A program made the position numbers and the translations under genes. 64,000 bases of DNA from Styela clava (taxonomy: Eukaryota): contig NC_135261.1 of NCBI RefSeq assembly GCF_964204865.1, forward strand, positions 15,376,001 through 15,440,000, given 5' to 3'. Below are positions 1 through 13,202 of the stretch, one piece after another. Numbering within the stretch: position 1 is the stretch's first letter; every line of letters starts with the position of its first letter. A model generated the notes under the pieces. That model had not been told where the DNA came from and made no database searches. It worked only from the letters and a program-made list of their open reading frames with translations.

Positions 1-974
1 GGTTGGGGTTAGGCCATAATTTTATTCCGATTTTCCTTATTTTAGTTCTATTACGAGTTCGGGTAGCCTACTGTTTGTGTTAGCCAGACCCTCTAAACTA
101 ATCAAGATCTGGAGAATATGCAAGAAAAATTGACGCAAATGGTTGATTTGTGCCAAATCCCACAAGAAATGCATTACGCGCCTGTAAAAGTTGGAAGTCT
201 ATCGACAAAACGAGAGAGCCTTCAAATGGTCCCACGGAAATGAGAGAGAAGCGCACTCTATATTTATATATCCCTGTGGCCCTGATCCAAAATTTGAATT
301 CGGAGTCCGACTCCGAACAAGAAAAACTTTGACTCCTGTTTCGCAAATCTATTCTTGACATATTTGAGTGTTTACTACAGAAGCAACCTAAAAAACATGC
401 TGCGCTGATGTATTTAACATCTGAACACTTCGAAATTATGCATCATCGTGTACCCGAAACTCACATTCAAACATTTCTGCCCCCTAGAAAAAAAAGAGTT
501 CATTAGTGCAACTTTTCTAGACCTAAAGTAGGCCATCGATACCGTAAATCATAACATTCTGTTTTCAAGTTGAGACATTACGCTATAAAGGAATATAGCA
601 AATTAACTCATTTCTAGCTATTTAGGTGGCAGATCCCAGCATGTCCAAGTAGGAACATATTGTTCACTTCCCTTACCAATAACACACGGAGTTCCTCAGG
701 GCAGCTGTTTGGGCCTGTTGCTATTTTTAGTTTTAATTAATGACATAACCCATTGTTCTTCGCTATTTTCCAAAATATTTGCCGATGACACCAATCTCCT
801 TGACAGACAAATCTCATTCCGGTCTCCAATTAAGGGTGACAATTGAAATTTCAAAAGTAGCAAATTGGATGAGGGCCAACAAATTAACAATAAACACTGA
901 CGAATCAAAAACAATGCTACTATCTCCATATAAAAGCAACTGTCCATTAGAATTGATGGTATGATCCTTGAAAA
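1..974. repeat. Copy A of a near-identical ~1 kb local duplication (copy B at 3558-4531, offset 3557 bp); may extend upstream of the window
   Basis: Direct comparison shows only a handful of differences; identical ORFs 98..361 and 3655..3918; similarity ends after atgatccttgaaaa. Confidence 0.95.
505..974 (+). mobile_element. Decayed non-LTR retrotransposon (CR1/L2-like) reverse transcriptase fragment
   Basis: Frameshifted translation FLDLK*AIDTVNHNILF...HGVPQGSCLGLLLFLVLIND...IFADDT matches LINE RT motifs. Confidence 0.85.
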
Positions 975-1134
975 TTTGTGATTTGAGGAGTCACCTCGAA
1001 CTGACAAAAACAATCAGCAATTTAAAAAAAAAATAGTCAAACGTTATTACCGACTTTCGTAAAAATTCCGTTTGTTCGCAGTTGAAGTAAATTTTTATAT
1101 GTAAATAAAAAAGAAAGTGTCTAAATTCAGCATG

Positions 1135-1202
1135 CTCGAGGGCCGAATAAAAAGTTGCAGCGGGCTGGATGTGGCCCGCGGGTCGCAACTTGCCCAGGCC
1201 TG
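1135..1202. mobile_element. Orphan terminal end of a hAT (Charlie/Buster-like) element
   Basis: gcgggctggatgtggcccgcgggtcgcaacttgcccaggcctg resembles the right end of the 26258-27658 element; followed by gtataaag (nnnTAnnn). Confidence 0.65.
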
Positions 1203-3250
1203 GTATAAAGGGTCGAGTCTTATCTTGGATAAAGCCCTTTTTATCAAACTGGTTATTCCAGGTACGTGTTGGATCTACGTATTCTAACAATTCCTAAATG
1301 GAAAATGGTATTGTTCAAAGAAACGTGATAAGTTCATTGCTATTTACAATTATGATAAACGATCTTCGAAATAATAATTTTTCGATACCCAGAACATTCG
1401 CTGATGATTGTGACATTAGTTCAAAAATCAACGAACTTATATCGGACTTGCAAACGACACCAAATCAAATCAGTTAGTGGTGTCCTAAGTGGAGATTTAC
1501 CATCTCGATGACGTGTGCTGTATTATTTTCGAGATCACGTAAGTCTCCACCAATACATCTCTGCATTGATGGACAGGAATACCAGTTAAATTGAATACAA
1601 ATATCTTGGCGTTATATTCGACAATAAGTTGACATACAAAGCTCATGTGGAACATGTAACACACAAATCTGATAAAAGATTAAATTTGTTGAGACTTTTT
1701 ACGGGCACTACATGGGGAGCTTCTAGAAAAATCTTGCTTTAATTTATACAGAGTTCTAGTACGTTGAATAATTGAATACGGAACAGAGGCATATTATTTT
1801 TCACCGAAGCATGTAATTAGAAAAACCTGCTGCCTAAATGATACCTGTAAAGAGATTCCGCTGAAATTTCGTCACCAACAGGCTTGCATGAAGTATAAGA
1901 AAAAAATATTATTGAATACGCCATATCCGCACACCAACATAATAGAACAAACATGGCGCGAGCTTTATCCAAAATCACCCATTTTTAAAACCTGTAACAT
2001 GCTAACAACACCGGATGTTTTAATTGTGTACCAGCTCTTCAGTCACCACCGTGGGAAATGAAATTTCCAATTGATTTTATCGCTTGCTAAAATGATATCA
2101 AAAACAAATCTCTTACCTATAGGTAAACAAGCATGTGGTGAATATATTTCCGAGAATAACAAGCAGTACTTATTAATTTATACGAATGGATCAACGACGG
2201 ATACGAGATGTGGTTCTTCATTTTGTATTTAGAAGCACGATGTTTCACAAATAAACATTTGCTGCGTGTAGGACATTGCTTTGGATAGTTTTGCTTCGAC
2301 CGTGACATGTTTTAATTTTACTTGAGGCTGTGGCGGGACTGGAGTTGTACTATTTTTTATTGTTTATCATTTTATTTATATTTCTTGTCTGGTTATTGCA
2401 TATGCATTGGTGTGTGGAGTCTGAGCCCCAATTCGCCCGACAGTTGGTTTCAGTTACTCGACTCCAACCACCACTGCATATGTGAACTGGCTGCAGTTCG
2501 CAGCGTTCGTTCTTCTTGCTTATGCTGTCGCTGGGTGAGGACTGTATTTTGTCGCTTTTATTTTATCTGCTTTAAGCGTGAATTTTACACTATTTTAATA
2601 AAGTCTCTTCGTTTGCATCGTGAACTTCGAACCTATTTGTGTGTCTTTGCAGCGCATTGGATCTTCTGAACTAATTATTACAGTATTACTAGACTGTATT
2701 AGTGGCGAGCACCTACCGGTATTCCGGTTAAGTCGTACCGTTGCAATTGTCTGGGCTTTGACAGCGATGAAAAGATTTTTTCTCTTGGCCATATACTAAT
2801 TTTTACAATTAAAACTATTCTATCTTCTCCCAGGAGGCAAAATAGTTTCGTAGATTTTGCGTGGATCAAACTTTCGAAAAACGAAGCAAATTGCGACATG
2901 GATATTTACTATATCACACTAGAAAGAGCTCAACATTTCCAATTATCCTTTCCATCTATTAAAGATCACATTAGCTTCAAATTATCTCAAAGATATGATG
3001 AAATAATCTTGTTCAGGCTACAAACAGGCTATCATCTGCACTAAATTGGCTGCCACGACAAGGTATTTGCGACATTTGCTCGGAAAACGAAACCGTCAAA
3101 CATATCATGGTATATATTTTGTTTCTGCTATGATGTCTCAAGATCATTTTTATTAAGCATTGCAAAGAACCGAATATATCCCCCGTGAATATTATCAATT
3201 TGCTAACAAATCCCAGTATTATACCATTTGTCATAGAATATGACGATGTG
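1203..3250 (+). mobile_element. Decayed RNase H-containing LINE (I-clade-like), interrupted by an insertion at ~2260-2900
   Basis: IKGRVLSWIKPFLSNW.FQVRVG, LLFTIMINDL, FADDC (RT); IYTNGS (~2176, RNase H IYTDGS-like); CDICSENETVKHIM (~3068, C-terminal Cys/His finger). Confidence 0.7.
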
Positions 3251-3557
3251 CCATCATGACGGGAAGAATCATTTCAATATATAGCGAAAAGCGTCTTTTC
3301 TGTAAAACGTGCAACTTTTGGAAGGGGGAACAAGGCAATATTGGTTACTAAATTTCTAAGGAACATTTTAAAATCATTTTCAGGTAGTTACCTTATGTGC
3401 GCTACGAAACTGAAAGATAAATGGCCTCGACTCGCGGCCTAAATTGTTTTTGCCTGATATCATAAAAACGCAATAACCTCCACGGAAAACATTTCACCTA
3501 AGTCTTCGGTTGAGGGCGAAGCGCACTTTAGTCGGTATTATTGTAGTGTGCGTACCA

Positions 3558-4531
3558 GGTTGGGGTTAGGCCATAATTTTATTCCGATTTTCCTTATTTT
3601 AGTTCTATTACGAGTTCGGGTAGCCTACTGTTTGTGTTAGCCAGACCCTCTAAACTAATCAAGATCTGGAGAATATGCAAGAAAAATTGACGCAAATGGT
3701 TGATTTGTGCCAAATCCCACAAGAAATGCATTACGCGCCTGTAAAAGTTGGAAGTCTATCGACAAAACGAGAGAGCCTTCAAATGGTCCCACGGAAATGA
3801 GAGAGAAGCGCACTCTATATTTATATATCCCTGTGGCCCTGATCCAAAATTTGAATTCGGAGTCCGACTCCGAACAAGAAAAACTTTGACTCCTGTTTCG
3901 CAAATCTATTCTTGACATATTTGAGTGTTTACTACAGAAGCAACCTAAAAAACATGCTGCGCTGATGTATTTAACATCTGAACACTTCGAAATTATGCAT
4001 CATCGTATACCCGAAACTCACATTCAAACATTTCTGCCCCCTAGAAAAAAAAGAGTTCATTAGTGCAACTTTTCTAGACCTAAAGAAGGCCATCGATACC
4101 GTAAATCATAACATTCTGTTTTCAAGTTGAGACATTACGCTATAAAGGAATATAGCAAATTAACTCATTTCTAGCTATTTAGGTGGCAGATCCCAGCATG
4201 TCCAAGTAGGAACATATTGTTCACTTCCCTTACCAATAACACACGGAGTTCCTCAGGGCAGCTGTTTGGGCCTGTTGCTATTTTTAGTTTTAATTAATGA
4301 CATAACCCATTGTTCTTCGCTATTTTTCAAAATATTTGCCGATGACACCAATCTCCTTGACAGACAAATCTCATTCCGGTCTCCAATTAAGGGTGAACAT
4401 TGAAATTTCAAAAGTAGCAAATTGGATGAGGGCCAACAAATTAACAATAAACACTGACGAATCAAAAACAATGCTACTATCTCCATATAAAAGCAACTGT
4501 CCATTAGAATTGATGGTATGATCCTTGAAAA
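3558..4531. repeat. Copy B of the local duplication
   Basis: Same sequence as 1-974. Confidence 0.95.
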
Positions 4532-4670
4532 CTGGTATATATAGATAACAAAATGAAGTGGGATACTATATATTCTTCGACATTTTACATCTCTAACCAC
4601 TTTACGTATGTAATACTACCTTTTGTTCCAATCCCATATTGAATATGGCATAGTGGCATGGGGTTTAGCG
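4062..4670 (+). mobile_element. Decayed CR1/L2-like RT fragment, continuing past the duplication
   Basis: FLDLKKAIDTVNH, GVPQGS and FADDT motifs, then LFQSHIEYGIVAWG, typical of the LINE RT C-terminal region. Confidence 0.85.
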
Positions 4671-5275
4671 ATTGATTCTATATATTTTTTCAGAAATTTT
4701 GACACGATGGATATTTCTTTCCCATTTAATCATTTTTCTATCGACTTACTCTCTCGATTCGATTTACGTTTCTCAAATTTCCTCTTTACTTATTTGAATC
4801 CAGCTAAATTATTTGACGTCATCTGCTGCTGAACTCGGCACTTATGGACCATAAGTTATGGTGTCGCTGACACCAGAGACAATGCATAACGGTATTATTG
4901 CATGTACATTCTTATGTAAAATCTATGCTGACACGATGACTTGAAAAAATTGTGTGTCTTTTTTTTGCCTTGATTTAGTATTGTTAGTGTTTACAATGTT
5001 TCATGTGTCAGTTTTTTTTTGGAAAGATGTAATCCTGACGTGTCACCATCCTCGCCATTGTCACAGTTTCGGGAGATGTTGCTACTGTGGTTGTGAATGA
5101 ATCAGTACGGCAATTCCAATATAACAGTCAAACAAAACATCACCAAAGAACTAAAAACACGAAACATGAAAATTTATATACACACAATATAAACGCAGAC
5201 GCTATTGTCCGCGACAGATGCACGACAAAAATAAATAATCTGAATCTGAAGAGAGTCAGCATTATCATCATATAT

Positions 5276-6535
5276 CAGTGGTTCTTAAACTTTTTCGAGC
5301 GCGACCCAAATCTGAGTTTTATGAATACTCGCGACCCAATCCTAAATAACGCAAAATGTGTTTTTAATGTTAGTACAGTTTGACTCAAATACAGACAACT
5401 ATTTATTAGAAACAGTCCATTGACTCAGTGAGATTGATGAAACTGAAATTTCCTTTTCATTATATCTTCAATACACAGCTCTATTTTACATAACGCAACA
5501 CGCAAGTTGTCACGGGTATCGAGGCGATTGCGAGCTTAGTTTTGATAACCGTCAGTGCCAAATATCCTCGCTCGCACAAGTGCCTTGTCGCGAATTGTAG
5601 TGTAGCAAGTACATAAGGATAGTTACTGTGTATTTCAATATTTTCACCACTTATTGTTAGTAGTGCATGTTATTTGCCTGAAACAAGGTCGTTGTCCCAA
5701 TTCATTTCCTTTATGATATATTTCTCTCACTCAGTGTAGCTTGTCTTTGCCGTTCTTTGTTAGTTAGAAATTTGGTTTCATCACATATACTTGCTTCAAG
5801 GTTTCAAGTGTAATTCGTTATTTGGATCAATTCGATTGTGCAACTTTACAATATAACATTTGGCATTCAATACATTGTGTGCTTATTGACCTCTGAAAGA
5901 GTCAAGATCGGAGTTACACTCTGTTAACGTGTGTTCAATAACACGGGAGTGTGGACACGCTGATAGGGTCGAATCTTTGTTGCCCTATAGTAGCAACAGA
6001 GGCGTCCGCTGTCCGTCGCAAACACGACATCCTAGCTGGCCTTCGGTATCTCTCGCAATATACAACTTTTTACTCATCAAATGTGCACACACCGCTTCGT
6101 TCGCGGTAAATGGTGCCTCGAGATGAAGTCACATTTTTTCTAGATATTGAATAATCTAATGTCGAGAAGCGAGCTTTTTCATTGCGTCGTCTATTACAAT
6201 TTACAATACCAAAACGACACCCATTTTTGGTTATTTTAATCCACTAAGACGACATTCCACGCGGTCAACACAACGTTGCATGGTTACCGATACCATAAAA
6301 ATAATACACGTGACTGGCATATCAGAATTGTGATGTAACAATGAGCTCAAGACAGTTCTTTCCGTGAATGAAATTTTATATTCCATTATTGGAATTGAAA
6401 CATTGGGAAATCTGAAAATTCGTCCGTCTCCTCTTTGATTGCCCTTGCATTAACGACCTTGTCGCGACTCGCGACCCATTTTTAAACCTTCCGCGACCCA
6501 TGTTTGGGTCGTGACCCATGCTTTAAGAACCACTG
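5276..6535 (-). mobile_element. Non-autonomous hAT (Buster/Charlie) element, 1.26 kb, with a transposase C-terminal remnant
   Basis: Terminal inverted repeats (TIRs) CAGTGGTTCTTAAA...TTTAAGAACCACTG; perfect 8-bp TSD TCATATAT; minus strand ~5480-5600 reads FATRHLCERGYLALTVIKTK/RNRLDTRDNLRVALCKI (hAT dimerisation domain). Confidence 0.92.
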
Positions 6536-6864
6536 TCATATATGCTGTTACATCACACACGTCTAAAATCGAATATAAACACCATGTCCATGAGTATAAA
6601 ATATACTCGGGAATTCCGAGCTATTATTCTGTCGCTGAAAGTTTATGTAATTTTTTTGTCAACTTTCTTTTTCTACAATAATATTGATAATGTAAAAATA
6701 AAAACAGATCGTCGTATCGAGATTCGAAAAATGATATCCCGCGTGGGGATTCCTTCAAAAACGAATTGATAATTGTAGTAGTTCTGTCGTATATCGGGAA
6801 CGCGCGACCGTCTGAACGTTCGAGATTCTCCCGCACCAGAACGACACTACATTCTGACATTAAT

Positions 6865-9800
6865 ATGGAGAGTCTAAATGACAGGCGGTCTCAAATGCAG
6901 GCAGCTTTATGCATGGGATTTGTCTTTCTCTGTTTTGGAATTCCTATTTGGTGGAAGACAACAGAAGTCTATCGGGCAGATATTCCTTACTCGGAAATAA
7001 GCGATCTGGTAACAAACTCAAAAATCTCCACCAAAATTATTGTAACAATCGCATCTATTTCCGAGCAGCTAAACGAAGACATCAAGAATAACTTTGAAGG
7101 GTCGTTTGGTCTCGAATTTGTTCAAATTAGTTATGAATTTGACACAGTTGTGCTCACACAAAAAGATATTCAAAATATTAAACACCAAAATAATGCAATT
7201 GAAATTAGTTCAATATATAAAAACGACATAACCCTGGTATTCGAAATTTCAAGTGATGCTGAAAATGCCAAGGTAACATTTCAAGGGAACCGAATACTTC
7301 TCATTGAATATAAAAGCCTGGAAATTTCAAAAGGATTGATGAAAATAATTAATGAAAACATTGTAAATGCTGAAGCTCTCAATGATGCAGTGGGAAAAGC
7401 ATTTGGTGCAAACATTCAATTTTCAAAGGTGAGAATTTGATCTTTAGAACATTAATATGTAGCGTACTGCAGTACTGTCTTTATTTCAGTATTTACAATA
7501 ATCGCAGATACCTATCTTCCTCATCCTATTTCAATGGATACAGGAATAAGGATAAATACAGAAATAGGTTGATAAGTCTTGCTGAAAATGGATATGAATA
7601 GATTCAGCTCTATTGAAAAGTTTCTGATGAGCTCTGGTTTCTTGAGTTTTCAGGTTTTTGAGGGTGTCAAAAAGAGGGTGGTTTACCGGTACCACTTTCA
7701 GACTTTGCAATGATGACAGCATCCATTATCTTCAATATCCTAACTAGTTTTGTAAAAATTAAGGAGTATTGTAAGATTGATCAATCCAATCCAACAATAG
7801 ACACCTACCTCCCTACCAACCACTTTCTTGAACTTTTTATTGAAAAATTAATAAAAAAGGACAATGAACTTAAGCTCGCGACATGGCCGGGTTAATAATA
7901 TCGTTTAATTAGGCATCTTGATGAATTTATTTGAAGGGCATTGGGGAAAATTTGGTGTATTTAGAATTTTGTTTTATTTGTTCTCTATTTCGCCTTCAGG
8001 ACAGAGAGTTTCACATGAGGAAGACTGTACAACCAGACAAAGGATATGACATTGTTTTTTCATTGTTATGTCCAGAACCAGATAAACTGCAAGCAACTTG
8101 GAATATGGAAGAAGCAGTTGACATGTATCTTAAACCTATGATTAAGAAGTTGGGAAACTTTGCAGAATTTCACATTGGTTCTCAAGTAACATAACTTTGT
8201 TGAATAATTTTCTTGATAATTTTTTCAGTAACTCTAGAATCTAAATTTTAATCTGCAGTACATAAAGTGTGAAATTAGACATTTATTCGTTATTACTAAA
8301 ACTTTTAGGTACAATCAGACACAGACGAAAGTGTTAAATAAATCTGCATTTTCATAGAAGTAATTAGGAAATTTAGGTACTTTTTTGCTTGAAATTTTTA
8401 CCCCTGGTTGAGAACCCCTAAACTAGATCTCCATTTAGTGAACTCCGTTGATCAAAGCAATATGTTCTGACGGCAACCCATACTTCAAATAGTCCAAATA
8501 CTTGCACCGTATGCCTAAATTTTACAATTTAGATTCTCTACTATTCTGGATTGTCTGTGAAGCCAAAGTCCAAAACTCTTGATAATATCAAGCAATTTTA
8601 TCTAACGCATGAACAGCTATCTCATGTTGTGAATCCAATCGAATCAAGGCTTGGTGCTCAAATATCTCCAAACCCAACTTTGAATTTTGTTGTTTACATG
8701 TCAGAAGGTAAGTCGAGATAAATAATTTGGGGTTGATTTACAGTGGCATGATTCTTATTAAACTGATGATACTAAACCTACACTATGATTTTTTGCCAAA
8801 TTATAACTAGATTATGCATGAACTGCTGAAAAAATATTGAAAAGAGAGAATTATGTATTGTATAATTATTAATTAAATAAAGTTTTTGAATAAGATTTTT
8901 TTGGTCAGACTGAAGTTGGATGTCATAGACCTGCTACATACTTAGGAAATCTATCTACTTGGCATTTTAATTTTTAGTCCTATCTAAAAATATAAACGTA
9001 GCATCTACAAAAAAAAAATTTTGATTCATGATTTGTTGTATTGTTACAAATGCAGTGAGATTACAATTGTGAAAATTTTCAATCGTCTTATACCGAGTTG
9101 ATATTTTTTCAAATAAAAACAATTAAGAATATAGATTGGTTTGTTGATGTTATTATTAAAGACGAGATAAATGACACTTAGCAGTGATTCAAATTCATAG
9201 AAATTCTTTCTAATGTGACAGCATAGGGGTGATTGCGATCTTTAAAACCCCATTTTATTTCTTTGATTTATTTTTAATAAACCTCATGCTCTCCTTCAGA
9301 TAACTACAATCCTCTTTATATTCAACATGCTGACGAGAGTTATTCAACTACCAACACATTTCTTGTTCCGAGATGGGGCTCCATCATGATCAAAAATGCA
9401 CCAAAAAGCAACGATACTATCTTTCCTCATGTTGTTGAACTAGACAGTGTTGAAATCATGCAAGTGTTCGTGGCACAACTAAGATCTTTACTTGGTCTTG
9501 AGATGACTAAAACGCCCAATGATGACTTTGAAATAACTGTTGCAGACAGGGGAATTGCTGGCATAAGTGATTTGGAATTGAGTTATTTGGTGCGAAAAAG
9601 AACTTTTGAAAATATTGCTACGTCGGTACATGCTATTCATACACTCTCAGAACTCCTAGGGAAAATTCACAACATTGTTATCAATGATGAAATAGCAGGT
9701 CATATTTACACTGCTGTTGATGCAATAAAGAAAGCAAAAGCTTCACTAGATGAATCAGATGATCAAAGGGCGTTAAATATATCCAATATTGCCTTCAAAG

Positions 9801-9985
9801 CATCAGAAACAGCATTTTTTGATCCAACATTGCTTGAGCTGCTGTATTTTCCAGAAGATCAAAAATTTGCAATTTATATTCCTTTATTCCTACCCATCAG
9901 TCTGCCATTGCTAGGCTCATTCATTGCTGCTATCAAATGGTTGAGAATGAAAAAAGGTGATGAGGAGAAGCAAAAAACAGAGTGA
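6865..9985 (+). CDS. PIGS: GPI transamidase component PIG-S; exons 6865-7428, 8000-8185, 8533-8707, 9300-9985
   Basis: N-terminal TM with GIPIWWKTTEVYRA, SQILYYS, FLVPRWGSI, C-terminal AFFDPTLLELLYFPEDQKFAIYIPLFLP; GT-AG junctions keep frame. Confidence 0.95.
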
Positions 9986-10825
9986 CATGGTGATCACTTT
10001 TGTGCTGAAGCGTGGCATAAAAATTTGAAGTTATGGAGGTGGCCTTGACTAAAACTTATGTAAACCCCTGCGAAATGTAGTAGTAGTTTCTTTATGATGT
10101 CATATGGAAAAGTAATGAGCATGATGTATTAACAATTTCTATATTGTTATTGGTAAAATTACAAAATTTAGAAACTATATAAGTAGCGGTGATAGGAGAT
10201 GTATATTATTTATAACTGTTTGAAATGGCATACTAATTTGAATCAGGTACTTTTAATGTGTTGTCTTTTGAAGCCACAATTCTCACAGGACATTGTTTTA
10301 TATTCAAATGAAATGATGTGTAAAATACTGGTTTATCGATCAACATTATTTTTTCTACTCCTTATGCAATGAATTGAACTGAGATAAATAAATACACTGT
10401 ATGACACACATCGATAGTCCAGTTGTATGTTATTTTCAAACATTCTGATAGAATAGACGTGTATAGTTATTCAAGTTCAACTAATCGGTTGTACATTGGC
10501 ATAGAAAGAATTATATAAAAAGGTGAAAAATTCCATTCTCGTTTGGCAGTGCATATAATTTATGTTTTTGTTTGAGTTTATGAAAGTCGAAAAAAAAGCA
10601 ATTTACTATGCTGCAGGGTGCTATTTTTATTTTATCTTCTAAAAAAAAAAACTGAAAAAGCAGGCGGTAATTTAATGACAAAGTTTCAATGATATCTCTG
10701 AGTTACGAATTTTGATTAAAATTTGAACAGTCCCATTATCTTATACCTTAATTTTATTTCAACTAAATGACTCAATCATTATTACCGGTTTTTAAATGGA
10801 AACTAAAATAAACACAAAACTTAAA

Positions 10826-12469
10826 TTATGAAACACCTAATTCTAATAAAACCTCGTTAATGTTTTCTTTGCCAAGGGAGTCGAATTTTGCTAAATCAGC
10901 TTCTAGTGACTCTTGTTGTATTCTCATGTTTTTTGTTAAATATTCGTTTTGTTGCATCAGTTTTTGCATTTCATTTTCTGTATCTTGTACGGCATGTTGT
11001 AGATTTCTATGCAAAGTTTTTGGCACAAACTCTGACTTCAGTTCATGTTGTTTTTCAGATATACTGTCTAACCTTTCCCAAATATCTGCACGGAGATCTT
11101 GTAACCTTTTTTCGGTGTTTTTCTCTCTCTTTGCTGATGCTTGTCTTGTACTTTGCATAGTGACAGTTTTTTTACTTGAAGTTTTACTGGGTAATAATCT
11201 TCTCCTGTTCTCTTCTTCCTCTAATTCCTGTTGTCTTTTTCTTTCTTCAATAAGTGCACGTTCTCTCTCAATTTCTTTGTGTAATTCAGCATTTTTTAAA
11301 AGACCTTGCCTACCTTGTTCTTCTAAATCTTCCACAGTATTTTGCAGTGTTTCAACATCTTCTTCATTGGTTCCTGTCATTCCGTCGGCAGCATTTAAGC
11401 AGGACAAAAGTTCGGTATGATTTGTTGCTTTCATTTCATCAAGAAGGTCTGATAGATATCTGTCATATTCATCCTTAGTTTCTGATAAAATGGGACCAAA
11501 AATTGATGAATCCAAGCATAAATCATGCCATACTTCACCATAAGCTTGCAATCGTTCAAAATTAAGTGAATTAACTTGTTTACTTGGGTCGTTTAACTCC
11601 AGTAGTTTTCTAATGAGTTTTTGTTCCAAATGGTCCGCTGCTCTGTGTCCATCTCTTACATTCTTTTCCATTGTCTCATATCGATGTAAAACATTTCTGT
11701 CAAAATCCAGAATTTTATTAAACCGATCTTTTCTGGTAATTCCTGCAAAATGTGTTGTGACAAATTTTTTATCGGTTATTTCATGTATTTGCTGTTTGAT
11801 GGAAGGGTGTGGATCTTTTAATGAAGGAGGTACTCTCACAGCTTCGTCAACTGCAGGCAACATTAATTCAGGCAATTTAATCTCTTCTGTCAAAGTGCTC
11901 GAATACTTGGATCCATATGGCACGACATACTTCTTTCTTGGAATTCTGCCGGGTGTTTTTGGCTCTTCTTTGGCAGTGCTCTGATCTGGCTTTGGAGTTG
12001 ATTGTTCTAGCGCAAATGGTCCATCTGGCTCCGACATTAGCTTGGCAATTTCTGACAAAACCAATGACTCGAGCTTGTTTTCAGCCTTTGTGCCCCGTAG
12101 TGGAAATTGTCTTGATTTTTTGCGCTTAATCTTTTTCTTTTTTGTGCCTTTTGTTTCAGGCAATGTTCCCACTGTACCTACACTGAAATCCAACAGTGCA
12201 TTTTTCATCCATTCCACTTTATTAACTAACATATGATCTGCGTTTTTTCGAGTCTCTGCAATTCTAGCAAAAGGATTTTCATTTTTCTCATCAACCATTC
12301 GAGAGCTTTTCCATGGCACATGTGAAGCAAAGTCATCCTTAACGGGCAGTTTTACTAATTTATCCGGATTTAAGTGACCAGAAGCATAATCCCTAATATC
12401 TTTTTTGTGAGCTAAGTAAGTAGCCTCGACCAAGTGGTGTAAGCTTCCGCTTTTTTCAGGTTTACTCAT
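10826..12469 (-). CDS. C6orf118: C6orf118-like coiled-coil protein (TSNAXIP1_N-type domain), single coding exon, 547 aa
   Basis: Long ORF; N-terminal SGHLNPDKL matches my recollection of C6orf118 SGHLNPNKL; FAGITRKDRF; C-terminal coiled coil. Confidence 0.75.
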   Translation of the reverse strand: MSKPEKSGSLHHLVEATYLAHKKDIRDYASGHLNPDKLVKLPVKDDFASHVPWKSSRMVDEKNENPFARIAETRKNADHMLVNKVEWMKNALLDFSVGTVGTLPETKGTKKKKIKRKKSRQFPLRGTKAENKLESLVLSEIAKLMSEPDGPFALEQSTPKPDQSTAKEEPKTPGRIPRKKYVVPYGSKYSSTLTEEIKLPELMLPAVDEAVRVPPSLKDPHPSIKQQIHEITDKKFVTTHFAGITRKDRFNKILDFDRNVLHRYETMEKNVRDGHRAADHLEQKLIRKLLELNDPSKQVNSLNFERLQAYGEVWHDLCLDSSIFGPILSETKDEYDRYLSDLLDEMKATNHTELLSCLNAADGMTGTNEEDVETLQNTVEDLEEQGRQGLLKNAELHKEIERERALIEERKRQQELEEEENRRRLLPSKTSSKKTVTMQSTRQASAKREKNTEKRLQDLRADIWERLDSISEKQHELKSEFVPKTLHRNLQHAVQDTENEMQKLMQQNEYLTKNMRIQQESLEADLAKFDSLGKENINEVLLELGVS

Positions 12470-13202
12470 TTCTACTTATTGTAATGTGGGAAATATTACC
12501 TAAAAATATTCAAAAAACATTCATCGAAAAATTATATCAGACATACAGAAATGTGGCATTACAGAAAGCATGGGTGGTATATACAAGCCAAATTATATAC
12601 TTAGCCAAATTATCATAGTACAATACTAGTTCTACATGGATAAATGTGGGTAATAATTTAAATGTATTACATAAATCAATGGTTAGTGATAAAAGTGAGA
12701 TTGCTGCATGTTAGTAGTAGATGCCAAACAACTAGAAACTTGTTTTCTTTGGAAGTCATTATTTCACAGTTATTTCATTCTACATGGATATGTCAAAAAT
12801 GTACATAACTGATCACGGTTCTAATAAAATATAACAGTGCTGTTACAAGGAACAACAAAAATTTTCAAGCAAATGCTTATTGAAAAAAATCACTCTTTTA
12901 CAAGCATCCATATATTCTGTTTGGGAAGTGTCAAAGATATATTTTTATATACGATTAGAATGAACATTCTACATCACTTCAAATTGGTAATTTCTTACGA
13001 AATCGCAGAAAAGGTGTAAGTGAGTGAATTGTACACTAAGATTAAAAAAAAACTGATAACCATAGCTTAAGTAATCATTATTTAATGTATCCAATTTAGC
13101 TATAGTGATCGAAGCACCCAAATCCAGAAATCCCTTTTGATCAGTAAAATTAGCACTTCTGTATAGATGAATATTACAGTACAATGATGATGTTAAGAAA
13201 CA

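Noticed and set aside
6766-6864. N-terminal extension of PIGS from the ORF track
   Set aside because: Non-ATG start; the ATG at 6865 gives the expected short N-terminus before TM1
10860-12236. Plus-strand ORFs up to 186 aa
   Set aside because: Antisense shadows of the C6orf118-like coiled-coil CDS
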